Below, piece by piece: positions 1 to 9,755 of a stretch of DNA of 64,000 nt (position 1 is its first letter; the number at the start of each line of letters is the position of its first letter). The stretch is from Bacteroidales bacterium (GTDB lineage: Bacteria > Bacteroidota > Bacteroidia > Bacteroidales > P3). The notes under the pieces were generated by a model that was given only the letters and a program-made list of their open reading frames with translations, searched no databases and was not told the DNA's origin. The translations under genes and the position numbers were made by a program. The stretch is from contig JAFROL010000013.1 in the NCBI GenBank assembly GCA_017429685.1, positions 31,994 through 95,993 of the forward strand, read 5' to 3'.

Positions 1-73
1 AACGAACAAGTCGTTGACACGACAAACGAATCGACACACAATGCAAGCGCCAGCAGGATTATTTCGACAAAAC

Positions 74-934
74 TCATTGCTGCAATATTTTAGAATGGGC
101 CACCATACCCATAGTATGGCGAAAATTGATTTCTGACACAAAGACTCTATTGTCGTTGCCGACAATCAGGTCCACACCAAGGGGCCCGCCATAGCGCGGC
201 CAAACATTGACGGCAAGCCACCGTTCGACACGGTCTTTGACATCCTGTAAATCAGTGCAACTGAAATGACCGGCAATTACCTCATCACGCCACATCACAT
301 TCTCGCGGTACACCCCGTTGCCGGTACGGAAATAGGAATAGCCGACAAAACGGCCGCCACAATATTCCAATGCGACATCGGCAACGACGGCACGACGCGG
401 TTCGGCAACGACACAACGCTGCGAAGCCACAGTTTTCTCGAACCACGAGCGGTCCAAGTCCGACATTCGGCCGTGTACCCACCGCAAGCCTCTCCCCGCC
501 CCGCTCCAAGGCGCTTTCAGCACCCAGTCCTTCCGGTCGCGCAGCAAAGCGTCCATCTCGTCGACACGGTACAAAGCATAGCAGTCGCCTTGCAGAGGCA
601 ACACCGTCGAACGGTGCTGCAGCTCACGTATCGTTTGCAACTCGGCATCAGTGGGCATAAGGCATTCGGGGGCGCCGCGTTTCAAGAGTTCTCGCCTCAG
701 GACGACATTCCATCCCCAAGCCTTGATGGCAGCAACACCCTGCAGGACAGCCGGTCCGAGCTTAGGGTCATAGACGCTGCAGCAGCAGGCGCCGGGATAA
801 AGCACCTGCATAACCGACGCCGAACGCAGGGCAAAGTCTACGGCCGACTGCGGCGGCACATAGTTAGCGTCGCCGTTGGCCAGGCACAGGTCGTGCTCGG
901 GATTGAAAATGCAAAGCGTAGCAGCGGCAGTCAT
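74..934 (-). CDS. hypothetical protein, ATP-grasp-like
   Basis: ORF 74..1003. I prefer the internal ATG at 934 (MTAAATLCIFNPEHD...) because the longer form runs up to the serA stop. The segments KAPWSGAGRGLRW and SEINFRHT resemble ATP-grasp nucleotide-binding motifs. No exact family recognised. Confidence 0.55.
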   Translation of the reverse strand: MTAAATLCIFNPEHDLCLANGDANYVPPQSAVDFALRSASVMQVLYPGACCCSVYDPKLGPAVLQGVAAIKAWGWNVVLRRELLKRGAPECLMPTDAELQTIRELQHRSTVLPLQGDCYALYRVDEMDALLRDRKDWVLKAPWSGAGRGLRWVHGRMSDLDRSWFEKTVASQRCVVAEPRRAVVADVALEYCGGRFVGYSYFRTGNGVYRENVMWRDEVIAGHFSCTDLQDVKDRVERWLAVNVWPRYGGPLGVDLIVGNDNRVFVSEINFRHTMGMVAHSKILQQ

Positions 935-1006
935 AAACCTCTTGTTCTGCAAATAAAAAGGGGAAACATTAAGTCTCCCCCTTTTTTTACAGTCATATTC
1001 CAAATT

Positions 1007-1927
1007 TTATTTGTTGACCTGGAATTTGGTGCAACCGCTCTTGAAGTATTCGCTGATCTGGTTGGCAGCAGCGATACCGGCGTTGATGTTGGCCTCTTCG
1101 GTCTGGGCACCCATCTTTTTGGGCGTAGCGAAGTAGCGGCCTTCGAAAGCCTTGAATTCGGCATCGGCATCAGGCATAATGTCGGTGATGTATTTCAGGT
1201 CGGTGCGCTCGGCCATCAGTTTGAGCAGCTCGGGCTCGTTGATGACTTCCTTGCGGGCAGTGTTGACCAGGATACCACCCTTGTGCATCTTGTTGACGAG
1301 GGCGTAGTTGATGCTCTGCTTGGTCTCTGCGGTTGCGGGGATGTGGAGGGACACAACGTCGCAGGTTTCGAACAGGGCTTCCTGGTTGGCCACAGCCTTG
1401 GCCATACCACTCTGGTTGATCTGGTCGGCGGTGAGGAATGCGTCGTAAGCATAGACATCCATACCGAAGCCTTTGGCGATGCGGGCCACATTGCGTCCCA
1501 CGTTACCGAAAGCGAGGATACCAAGTTTCTTGCCCATCAGCTCGCTGCCGCTCTTGCCATTGTAGAAATTGCGGACGCAGAAAACGAGCAGACCCATAAC
1601 GAGCTCAGCCACAGCGTTGCTGTTCTGGCCGGGGGTGTTCATAGCGACGATGCCGCGGGCGGTGCAAGCCTCGAGGTCGAGGTTGTCGTAGCCGGCGCCG
1701 GCGCGCACGACGATCTTCAGGTTCTTGGCGTGGTCGATGACTTCCTTGGTGACCTTGTCGCTGCGGACGATCAGAGCGTCAGCATCTTCGACGGCTTTGT
1801 AGAAGTCGTTCACGTCGGTATATTTCTCGAGAAGAGCCAGCTGGTGGCCATTTTCCTCGACTACTTTTCTGATTCCATCAACAGCAACCTTTGCAAAGGG
1901 TTTTTCAGTTGCTACGAGAATTTTCAT
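1007..1927 (-). CDS. serA: D-3-phosphoglycerate dehydrogenase
   Basis: ORF 1007..2020, trimmed to MKILVATEKPF... at 1927. It has a D-isomer 2-hydroxyacid dehydrogenase layout with the NAD motif GFGNVGRNVA and lies adjacent to serC. Confidence 0.85.
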   Translation of the reverse strand: MKILVATEKPFAKVAVDGIRKVVEENGHQLALLEKYTDVNDFYKAVEDADALIVRSDKVTKEVIDHAKNLKIVVRAGAGYDNLDLEACTARGIVAMNTPGQNSNAVAELVMGLLVFCVRNFYNGKSGSELMGKKLGILAFGNVGRNVARIAKGFGMDVYAYDAFLTADQINQSGMAKAVANQEALFETCDVVSLHIPATAETKQSINYALVNKMHKGGILVNTARKEVINEPELLKLMAERTDLKYITDIMPDADAEFKAFEGRYFATPKKMGAQTEEANINAGIAAANQISEYFKSGCTKFQVNK

Positions 1928-2031
1928 CTTATTGTATATTTTAATTTGATCAACAAAATTGCAGAGAGACTCCTTGTGAAGTCTTTTCTCGAAGCCGTCT
2001 CTGCAATCTCTTATTTCCATTTAAACAATTG

Positions 2032-3147
2032 TTACTTGTTGGCTTTTTCGAAGTCCTGCATACACTGGACGAGAGCCTCGACGGCCTCGACGGGGCAAGC
2101 GTTGTAGAGGCTGGCGCGGAAGCCACCAACCGAACGGTGACCCTTGATGCCGACCATACCGCGCTCCTTGGCGAAGGCCATAAAGGCATCCTGCAGGTTC
2201 TCACGGCCTTCGGCCATAACCCAGCAGTGGTTCATAATCGAGCGGTCTTCCTTCTCGGCCGTGCCGCGGAACATCGAGTTGCGGTCGATTTCCTCATACA
2301 GCATAGCGCTCTTCTTGAGGTTGATCTTCTCCATTTCCTTGACGCCGCCAATGGTGTTCTTGACCCACTTCAGGGTTTCGTGCATCACGAAGATGGCGCT
2401 TACCGGAGGAGTGTTGAACATCGAGATGTTCTTGGCCTCTTCGGCAGCGTGGGTGCGGAAGTCGACCATCGTGGGCAGCGGATTCATATACTGGCGGTCG
2501 GTGATCTTGCCGAGGATGTCTTTGCGGACGATGTAGAAGGTGACACCGGCAGGGCCGACGTTCTTCTGGGCACCACCGTAGATCAGACCGTACTTCTTAA
2601 CGTCGACGGGACGGCTCATAATGTCCGAGCTCATATCGGCGACGAGCATAACGTTGTTGATCTCGTTGGCGGCGAAGTCCTTGCGGATCTCGGTACCGTA
2701 GATGGTGTTGTTGGTCGTGATGTGGAAGTAGTCGGCGTCGGCAGGAACGGTCCAACCCTTCGGGATGTAGCTGTAGGTCTTGTCCTCGCTGCTGGCGACG
2801 ATCACGGTCTCGCCGAAGTTCTTAGCCTCTTTGGCAGCCTTCTTGGCCCAAACGCCGGTCTGCAGGTAGGCAGCCTTCTTGTTGAGCAGGTTGGCGGGAA
2901 CATCCATAAAGCCGGTGCTGGCACCACCGCCGAGGAAAAGGATCTCGTATTCAGCGGGGATGTCCAAAAGGTCGCGCCACAGCTGGCGGGTTTCTTCCAT
3001 AGTGCGCTCCCAGCCGGGGGTGCGGTGGCTTATCTCGAGCAGACCGATGCCGGTGTTGTCGAAATCGCGGATGGCATTGATCGTGGATTCAATGGCCTCT
3101 TTGGGCAGGACACAGGGACCTGCGTTGAAATTATAAGCTGTTTTCAT
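2032..3147 (-). CDS. serC: phosphoserine aminotransferase
   Basis: 371-aa ORF beginning MKTAYNFNAGPCVLPKEAIE..., a typical SerC N-terminus. It lies next to serA. Confidence 0.9.
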   Translation of the reverse strand: MKTAYNFNAGPCVLPKEAIESTINAIRDFDNTGIGLLEISHRTPGWERTMEETRQLWRDLLDIPAEYEILFLGGGASTGFMDVPANLLNKKAAYLQTGVWAKKAAKEAKNFGETVIVASSEDKTYSYIPKGWTVPADADYFHITTNNTIYGTEIRKDFAANEINNVMLVADMSSDIMSRPVDVKKYGLIYGGAQKNVGPAGVTFYIVRKDILGKITDRQYMNPLPTMVDFRTHAAEEAKNISMFNTPPVSAIFVMHETLKWVKNTIGGVKEMEKINLKKSAMLYEEIDRNSMFRGTAEKEDRSIMNHCWVMAEGRENLQDAFMAFAKERGMVGIKGHRSVGGFRASLYNACPVEAVEALVQCMQDFEKANK

Positions 3148-3216
3148 CTTTGATTTTTGTTTTAAAATGGTTATATTTAATATTTTATTAATAATCTTGC
3201 CCTTAAAAAGGAATTA

Positions 3217-3224
3217 CAAAGTTA
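3217..3224 (-). promoter_or_regulatory. candidate Bacteroidota -7 promoter box (TAACTTTG on the minus strand) for serC
   Basis: The plus strand reads CAAAGTTA, whose reverse complement TAACTTTG fits TAnnTTTG. It is about 70 nt upstream of the serC ATG. Confidence 0.4.
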
Positions 3225-3520
3225 CGCCTTTTTTTAATATTAATGTATAAATCATTAATATTTTTTTCAAAAAGTTTTCAATGCTTTATCAACACCGTCG
3301 CCGCCACCCTCGCCACAAGGCACCCGAAGCTCCACTTCCCAGCCGAAGCCCAACGACGCACAGCGGAAAGCAACGGCACCCGGCGACGCATTCCGACAAA
3401 CAACGCCAACTGGCGGCACATAATGAAAGCAAACGGCACATAATGGCATACAGTCAGACCATACGACAAAAACGAACACGTAAACCACAGAATATCACCA
3501 CCTTTACTACACCTTCTTTA

Positions 3521-3617
3521 CCCGTTGTACGCTATTTGTACGCTATTTGTACGGTATTTGTACGCTTTTTTACCGTACAAGTACCGTACATATAGCGTAC
3601 ATATAGCGTACAACGGG
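3521..3617. repeat. GTAC-iteron palindrome, copy 1 (imperfect)
   Basis: The left arm is CCCGTTGTACGCTATTTGTACGCTATTTGTACGGTATTTGTACGC, with 11-nt units containing GTAC. The right arm is its inverted copy with one TATTTG/TATATG difference per unit. It is homologous to 43299..43405 and preceded by a C/A-rich flank (about 3290-3520). Confidence 0.9.
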
Positions 3618-3619
3618 CA

Positions 3620-4200
3620 GTGCAAGCCGGCCTGGGCCGGGCTGGAAACGATTTCCGACGGCAGGCACACGGAAAAAATTTTTTCGTTTGACCGAAAAAA
3701 AATATTTTTTTGTGAACAGCCGATGTTCAAACCCGCCGTCGCAAAGGCCGAAAACAATGAAAATGTGAACACTAAAAAAAACAGGAAAACACCTTGTTGC
3801 TATCAATCAAAAAGTTATGGCAACAGATTGAATTTCTGACTTTTACAAAGCCCGACACAAGCACTTTGCTACGACACAGCGACTTAAAAATTTGAACAAA
3901 AAAAGTGCAAAAAACCATCAATTTTTTTTCAAAAATATTTTTTTGTTCAAAATATAATTGTATATTTATGGCCCTGAAAAAAAGTTAATGAAATGTTAAT
4001 TTATTGTCAAATAAAGTTTTTTAGAGATAAAACATTTTTCGGGCCCCAAGGGGGCGATTCGGTTTAGTAAAAATATCCGAAATGTGCAAATTTTTTTTCA
4101 AAATTCCATTAAAAAAAAATGTGAGAACTTTGCATCAGAAACAAAAAAAACACCAGAATTAGGTAAGTCGTATAAAATCACACTGAAAGAAATCGTCAAG
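3620..4200. other. AT-rich region upstream of dnaA, candidate oriC/DUE
   Basis: It contains many A7-A9 and T7-T9 runs. The heptamer (G/T)TGAACA or its complement recurs at about 3712, 3724, 3765, 3892 and 3944. Gene orientation switches here, with serC/serA leftward and dnaA rightward. There are no perfect TTATCCACA boxes. Confidence 0.3.
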
Positions 4201-4202
4201 AG

Positions 4203-5651
4203 ATGCAAAACTATAAGACTGTTTGGGCAAACTGCCTGAAAATAATCAAGGAGAATCTTGGACCGGAAAACGAGCAAGTGTACAGGACCTGGTTTGAGCC
4301 GATTGTCCCCATCCAACTGGAGAACAACGTGCTGACAATCCGAGTCCCCAGCCAGTTTTTCTACGAGTGGCTGGAAGAGCATTTCATCGACCTGCTGAAG
4401 CGCACCATACGCCTGCAGCTGGGCCCCAACGGTATGCTGAAATACAGCATCCTGATGGACACCAGTATCGCTGGCTCGCCGATCACCACCAACCTGCCTT
4501 CGGCCGGACGCCAGGCCACAATCAACAAGGCCAAAAACGTGCCTCTGATGATCGACGGCGAAGAGTGCGGACGCGACATACCTACCAACCCCGTCGTCAT
4601 TGTAGGCATACGCAAGCAGAAGATTCCCTCGCAGCTGAACGGCAACTACACGCTCGAGAACTTTGTGGAGGGCGACTGCAACAGCCTGGCTCGCGCCGCC
4701 GGATATGCCGTGGCCGAAAACCCGGGCCGCACCGCTTTCAACCCCCTGCTGCTGCACGGTGGCGTAGGTCTCGGCAAGACCCACCTGGCTCACGCCATTG
4801 GCATCAAAGCCAAAGAGTTGCACCCCAACGATACGGTGCTGTACGTGACTTCCGAGCAGTTTCTGCAACAGTATGTCGAGGCTGTGCGCAACAAGAACAC
4901 CAACGATTTTGTGCACTATTACGAAATGATCGACTTCCTGATTCTTGACGACATCCAGTTCTGGGCCTCGAAGGGCACCCACACGCAGGAGGCTTTCTTC
5001 CACATTTTCAACTACCTGCACCAGCGCAACAAACAGATTGTCATCACCAGCGACAAGGCTCCGTCGGAACTCGGCACCCTCGAGCCGCGCCTGCTGTCGC
5101 GCCTGAAATGGGGTCTGGCCGCCGACCTCGGCACTCCCGATGTCGAGACGCGCATAGCCATCCTGAACCAGAAACTGGCCAACGACGGCATCGAAATGCC
5201 AAAGGACGTTATTGAATATATTGCATACAATATTAATACCAACGTGCGCGAGCTGGAAGGCGCCCTGGTGTCGCTGATAGCACAGTCGTCGCTGAACCAC
5301 AGGGAGATAACCATCGACCTGGCCAAGCAGATGATTGACAAGTTTGTCAAAAGCACTACACGCGAGATCACGATCGACTATATCCAGAAGGTGGTGTGCG
5401 ACTACTTCAAGCTGCCCCTCGACAGCATCCAGTCGCCCACACGCAAGCGCGAAATCGTGCAGGCCCGCCAGCTGACGATGTATTTCGCCAAGAAAATGAC
5501 CAAGACGTCGCTGGCTATGATAGGCCTTCAGTGCGGCAACAAGGACCACGCCACCGTGCTCCACGCCTGCAAGACCGTCGCCAACCTGAACGAGACCGAC
5601 AAGCAGTTCCACTTCTGGGTCGACGAGCTGGAGAAGAAGTTCAAAGAATAG
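4203..5651 (+). CDS. dnaA: chromosomal replication initiator protein DnaA
   Basis: 482-aa ORF with Walker A GGVGLGKTHL and a C-terminal DnaA DNA-binding region (HATVLHACKTV). Confidence 0.95.
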   Translation: MQNYKTVWANCLKIIKENLGPENEQVYRTWFEPIVPIQLENNVLTIRVPSQFFYEWLEEHFIDLLKRTIRLQLGPNGMLKYSILMDTSIAGSPITTNLPSAGRQATINKAKNVPLMIDGEECGRDIPTNPVVIVGIRKQKIPSQLNGNYTLENFVEGDCNSLARAAGYAVAENPGRTAFNPLLLHGGVGLGKTHLAHAIGIKAKELHPNDTVLYVTSEQFLQQYVEAVRNKNTNDFVHYYEMIDFLILDDIQFWASKGTHTQEAFFHIFNYLHQRNKQIVITSDKAPSELGTLEPRLLSRLKWGLAADLGTPDVETRIAILNQKLANDGIEMPKDVIEYIAYNINTNVRELEGALVSLIAQSSLNHREITIDLAKQMIDKFVKSTTREITIDYIQKVVCDYFKLPLDSIQSPTRKREIVQARQLTMYFAKKMTKTSLAMIGLQCGNKDHATVLHACKTVANLNETDKQFHFWVDELEKKFKE

Positions 5652-5680
5652 CGCCCCGCGCCATCCAAGCACCGCAAGCT

Positions 5681-6247
5681 ATGAAAACGGCCTTCAAACC
5701 CGGAAATATGATCTATCCGCTGCCCGCCGTTATGGTGTCGTGCGGCGAAAACGAACAGGAATACAACATATTGACCATAGCCTGGACGGGCACTGTGTGC
5801 AGTGACCCGCCCTTGTGCTATATATCGGTGCGCAAAGAGCGCCACTCGTACGCAATAATACGCCGCACCGGCGAGTTTGTCATCAACCTCACCACCGAAG
5901 CCCTGGTGCGCGCCACCGACTGGTGCGGTGTGAAGAGCGGCCGCGACGTCAACAAGTTCAAGGAGCTCCGCCTCACTCCCGAGCGAGGACAGATAGTCAA
6001 GGCTCCGCTCATCGCCGAGTCGCCGCTGAACATCGAATGCCAGGTGATAGATGTCAAAGAACTCGGCAGCCACGATATGTTCCTGGCGCGCGTGGTGGCC
6101 ATCGACGCCGAAGAGCGGCTGATAGACAAGTCGACAGGCGCCTTCCAGCTGAACCACAGCGCCCCCCTCGCCTATTCGCACGGCAAATACTACGGCCTGG
6201 GCGAGAAACTGGGCAGCTTCGGTTTTTCGGTAAAAAAGAAACGGTAA
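5681..6247 (+). CDS. flavin reductase family protein
   Basis: ORF 5396..6247 trimmed to the ATG at 5681 (MKTAFKPGNMIYPLPAVMVSCG...). This is the typical FMN-binding split-barrel flavin reductase pattern. The upstream part of the ORF overlaps dnaA. Confidence 0.8.
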   Translation: MKTAFKPGNMIYPLPAVMVSCGENEQEYNILTIAWTGTVCSDPPLCYISVRKERHSYAIIRRTGEFVINLTTEALVRATDWCGVKSGRDVNKFKELRLTPERGQIVKAPLIAESPLNIECQVIDVKELGSHDMFLARVVAIDAEERLIDKSTGAFQLNHSAPLAYSHGKYYGLGEKLGSFGFSVKKKR

Positions 6248-6254
6248 CACGGCA

Positions 6255-6283
6255 ACGGCAAAATAAATGAATTATTTTGCCGT
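6255..6283 (+). terminator. hairpin after the flavin reductase gene
   Basis: ACGGCAAAATAA-atgaa-TTATTTTGCCGT gives a 12-bp stem followed by T-rich sequence. Confidence 0.45.
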
Positions 6284-6332
6284 TATCTGTATTTGATAAA
6301 ATATAAAAACGTATAACAAGATATAGCATATT

Positions 6333-7268
6333 ATGAACATATCCTGCGTCGAACCGCTGGGAATCAGCGAAAAAGATTTTCTCAGACTGCAATCCGAATT
6401 CGCCTCCAAGGGCCATACGCTCTCTTTTTTTATGGACCGTCGCGAGGACGAGGTTTCGCTCGTCGACCGAATGAAAACAAGCGACATAGCCATCATCTCC
6501 AACATCAAGCTGGGCAGCGCAGTGCTGTCGCAATGCCCAAACCTGAAGATGCTTTCGGTGGCCTTCACCGGACTGGACCACATCGACCTTGACTACTGCA
6601 AGGCACACAACATCTTTGTGCAGAACGCCGCCGGCTACTCCACCACGGCAGTCAGCGAACTGGCCGTAGGCCTGATGCTCGACGTGCTGCGCAAAATCAC
6701 GGAACTCGACGGCACCATCCGCCAAGGCGGCAGCCGAGGCGCCTTCCTGGGCCGCGAGCTGAAGGGCAAGACCGTGGGCGTCGTCGGAACGGGCGCCATA
6801 GGCATCGCCACGATGCGCCTGCTCAAAGCCTTTGGATGTAACCTGCTGGCCTACAGCCGTACAGAACGCGACGAAGCCAAAGCGCTCGGAGCCGAATATT
6901 GCAGCCTCGACACACTGATGCAGCGCAGCGACATCGTAACGCTGCACGTGCCTATGACCGCCGAGACTCACCACCTTGTCGGCGCAAAGGAGCTGTCGCT
7001 GATGAAACCGACAGCAGTACTCATCAATACCGCCCGAGGCAACGTCGTCGAAATCGACGCTCTTGCCAAAGCGCTGAACGACGGAACGATAGCCGGAGCA
7101 GGCATCGATGTCTACGAGAAAGAGCCACCTCTGGAAGGCAGCCATCCGCTTCTGAACGCAACCAATTGCGTAGCCGTGCCGCATATTGGCTATGCCACAC
7201 GCGAAGCATTCGACATCCGCGCCGGCATAGTCTTCGACCACGTATGGGATTTCATCAACAGACAATAA
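6333..7268 (+). CDS. D-2-hydroxyacid dehydrogenase family protein (NAD-binding)
   Basis: 311 aa with GVVGTGAIGIA (GxGxxG) and the catalytic-region pattern TARGNVV...PHIGYAT. Confidence 0.8.
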   Translation: MNISCVEPLGISEKDFLRLQSEFASKGHTLSFFMDRREDEVSLVDRMKTSDIAIISNIKLGSAVLSQCPNLKMLSVAFTGLDHIDLDYCKAHNIFVQNAAGYSTTAVSELAVGLMLDVLRKITELDGTIRQGGSRGAFLGRELKGKTVGVVGTGAIGIATMRLLKAFGCNLLAYSRTERDEAKALGAEYCSLDTLMQRSDIVTLHVPMTAETHHLVGAKELSLMKPTAVLINTARGNVVEIDALAKALNDGTIAGAGIDVYEKEPPLEGSHPLLNATNCVAVPHIGYATREAFDIRAGIVFDHVWDFINRQ

Positions 7269-7279
7269 GTTACGTTATA

Positions 7280-9658
7280 ATGAAAAAAATACTGTTTACT
7301 ATTCTTTTGCTTTTCGCCGTCGCCACAACGGGCGCGCAAACCGTCGGCACCGACGAGGCGCGCAAAGCGGCACGGCAGTTTATGGCCCTCCACGAATCGC
7401 CCGGAATTGCCGACGATATAGCTCAAGTGCCTTACAGACAATATGCTGACGGCAACGGCGACGTCGTTATGAACGTCTTCAACATCGGCGACTACGGTTT
7501 CATCATCACCGGCGCCGACCGCTCGTTCACGCCAATCGTGGGCTATTCGTTCAACGGCGCCTTCGACACCAGCCGCATTCCCGACAACCTGGGATGGTGG
7601 CTCGACAGCTATGTCGACGACGTGGCGGCCGTAAAGAAAAGCAGCGCCAAGTCGACGGAAATCATTGCCGCACAGCGCAATTTCCGCGACGAATGGGACG
7701 CTTTGGAACACGGCGGTTCGAGCTATTACGACGCCAAAGGCCCCAAAGCCGTAGAAGCCATTGTCGAAACCCGCTGGGACCAGGGTACAGGCTACAACAA
7801 CTACTGTCCCGAATACAATGGCGGCCACAGCGTTACGGGCTGTGTGGCAACGGCGATGGCCCAAATCATACGCTATCATCGTTTCCCCAGCACCGGCTAC
7901 TACCATCGCCAGTACGTCCACTCCGTTTACGGCTCGCTGCGTGCCGATTTCGATTCGGCGCACTATGACTATTCGCTGATGCCCAACTCGGTGAGCGGAT
8001 ATTCCAACAGCGCACAGCAGCACGCCGTGTCACAGCTTTGCTACCATTGCGGTGTTGCCGTCAAAATGAACTATCAGAGCTATCTGCACACCGACGGCAG
8101 CGGAGCCCACAGCCAGGACGTGCCCGAAGCCTTCCAATTTTTCGGCTATACAAATAGTTTCTATCTTGACAAGAACAGCAACTCGACGATATGGGACTCG
8201 CTGCTGCGCCACGACCTCGATGCCGGCCGGCCCGTCTACTATAGCGGCAGCAACAGCGACGGAGGACACGCCTTTGTCTGCGACGGATACCGCAACAACG
8301 GCCGCTACCACTTCAACTTCGGCTGGAGCGGCTACGGCGACGGGTTCTACAGCCTGACCTCCGTCAACGGATACTCGTCGGCACAAGCCGCTGTTTTCAA
8401 CATCGTGCCCTGCAATATGGGTCCGTGGCACGACACACTGTATGTCGCCGCCGACGGAACCGGCGACGGCTCCAGCTGGAGCTCGGCCTATCCGGACCTT
8501 GAAAGCGCTATGGCTATTGCCAACCTATACAGCACCGGACAAATATGGATCAAAAACGGCACTTATTATGGCAACACAAGCTCTGACGTTGCTTTCACAA
8601 TGCCCAAGGGCGTAACCCTGTATGGCGGTTTTGCCGGCACCGAAAGCGACATCAGCGAACGTGACCTTCATTCGGGCGCAACCGTGCTGAGCGGCAACAA
8701 CCAGCGTGCCGTCCTGCTGTCGCCTGTCACAACGACCAGCGGCAACATCTACGACATCACCTTCGCCGACGGCATCGCCACGAACGGCGCAGTCGTAAAC
8801 GTCAAGAACAGCATACGCCTGGAACGATGTGTTTTTGAAAACAACCAGGTGTCCGACCCCGAAAACGACGCTGTAGCCTACCTGACCCAAACCAACATCT
8901 ACTGCAGCATATTCCGCAACAACAACGGCAGCGCACTGAAAATCAACAACGGACAAGTAAGAAACAGTCTGATAGCCCACAACAACGGCAATGGCATCAT
9001 AGCTTCAAACAGCACTGTCGACGGCAGCGACGTCGTTTGCAACAGCGGCGTCGGCATCGTCAACAACAACACCAAGATACGCAACAGCATCATCTGGCGC
9101 AACGACAGCTCGCTGAGCAACAACAACATACAGAGAATAACCTTTTCGGCAATTGAAGGGTTTGGCGAGAAAGACAGCAACAGCAACTTCGGCATAAGCC
9201 ACATCAACAGGCCCAACGAAGGCATAGGACCCTTCTTTGTCGCTCCCGACACCACCATCGGACCTGTTGCTGAAATTGGCGACTGGCGCCTCAGCAGCCT
9301 TTCGCCTCTGGTCAACGCCGGCGACACAATCCGAACCGGTTCCTACGTCATTGACCTGGCTGGCGACAACCGTTTCCGCAGCGGCCGCGCCGATATCGGA
9401 TGCTATGAGCAAGACCCCTACGTCGGCATCGAAACACCGGCTGACGATGCCAAGGTGCGCATTTACCCCAATCCTGCAAGACAGACCGTTGTCGTTGAAG
9501 GTGATGACGGAGAAATCTGTATCTATGATATGGCTGGACGAAAGGTTTTGACACATACGTATGAAGGCGGACGGGATATTATCGATGTCAGTTCACTTAG
9601 AAAGGGAGTATACCTTATCCGCAGCAACCAAAATGTCGTGCGTTTTATCAAAATGTAA
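7280..9658 (+). CDS. C10 family cysteine peptidase with N-terminal Spi-like prodomain, beta-helix-like region and T9SS C-terminal sorting domain
   Basis: ORF 6899..9658 trimmed to the ATG at 7280, which gives the signal peptide MKKILFTILLLFAVATTGAQ. The catalytic Cys motif GCVATAMAQIIRYH and His motif GGHAFVCDGY are streptopain-like. The tail VRIYPNPARQTVVVEG...GVYLIRSNQNVVRFIKM is typical of a T9SS CTD. Confidence 0.85.
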   Translation: MKKILFTILLLFAVATTGAQTVGTDEARKAARQFMALHESPGIADDIAQVPYRQYADGNGDVVMNVFNIGDYGFIITGADRSFTPIVGYSFNGAFDTSRIPDNLGWWLDSYVDDVAAVKKSSAKSTEIIAAQRNFRDEWDALEHGGSSYYDAKGPKAVEAIVETRWDQGTGYNNYCPEYNGGHSVTGCVATAMAQIIRYHRFPSTGYYHRQYVHSVYGSLRADFDSAHYDYSLMPNSVSGYSNSAQQHAVSQLCYHCGVAVKMNYQSYLHTDGSGAHSQDVPEAFQFFGYTNSFYLDKNSNSTIWDSLLRHDLDAGRPVYYSGSNSDGGHAFVCDGYRNNGRYHFNFGWSGYGDGFYSLTSVNGYSSAQAAVFNIVPCNMGPWHDTLYVAADGTGDGSSWSSAYPDLESAMAIANLYSTGQIWIKNGTYYGNTSSDVAFTMPKGVTLYGGFAGTESDISERDLHSGATVLSGNNQRAVLLSPVTTTSGNIYDITFADGIATNGAVVNVKNSIRLERCVFENNQVSDPENDAVAYLTQTNIYCSIFRNNNGSALKINNGQVRNSLIAHNNGNGIIASNSTVDGSDVVCNSGVGIVNNNTKIRNSIIWRNDSSLSNNNIQRITFSAIEGFGEKDSNSNFGISHINRPNEGIGPFFVAPDTTIGPVAEIGDWRLSSLSPLVNAGDTIRTGSYVIDLAGDNRFRSGRADIGCYEQDPYVGIETPADDAKVRIYPNPARQTVVVEGDDGEICIYDMAGRKVLTHTYEGGRDIIDVSSLRKGVYLIRSNQNVVRFIKM

Positions 9659-9702
9659 TCGGATAAAACTAAAATTATTTTCCTCATATTGAAAAAAGTT
9701 CG

Positions 9703-9710
9703 TACCTTTG
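9703..9710 (+). promoter_or_regulatory. candidate -7 promoter box TACCTTTG
   Basis: Fits TAnnTTTG and lies 46 nt upstream of the ATG at 9756. Confidence 0.4.
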
Positions 9711-9755
9711 CATCATAATAATAGATAAAGTATTATCCTGATAACGAAAAAAGCT

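Noticed and set aside
3243-3839. Several 60-104-aa ORFs (3281..3595, 3525..3839, 3518..3772 and others) and their look-alikes at 43115..43396 and 43319..43555
   Set aside because: They run through the GTAC palindromes and the C/A-rich flank. The shared peptide strings (VRYLYAICTVFVR...) are just translations of the repeat. They lack a start context and have a basic, low-complexity composition.
3620-4200. Canonical DnaA boxes (TTATCCACA)
   Set aside because: No perfect or one-mismatch copy was seen by eye. Only two-mismatch TGTTCACA-like sites are present, so the oriC call stays low confidence.
4098-5672. 524-aa minus-strand ORF opposite dnaA
   Set aside because: It is a shadow ORF of dnaA. 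It has no recognisable motifs and the same low-complexity composition.
5396-5680. Long form of the flavin reductase ORF (283 aa)
   Set aside because: The first 95 codons overlap the dnaA 3' end in another frame and are Arg/Pro/Gln-rich. Homologues start at MKT...PG.MIYPLP.
6899-7279. 127-aa N-terminal extension of the C10 peptidase ORF (TTG start)
   Set aside because: It overlaps the 3' end of the dehydrogenase gene and is Arg/Ser/Pro-rich. A canonical ATG with signal peptide occurs at 7280.
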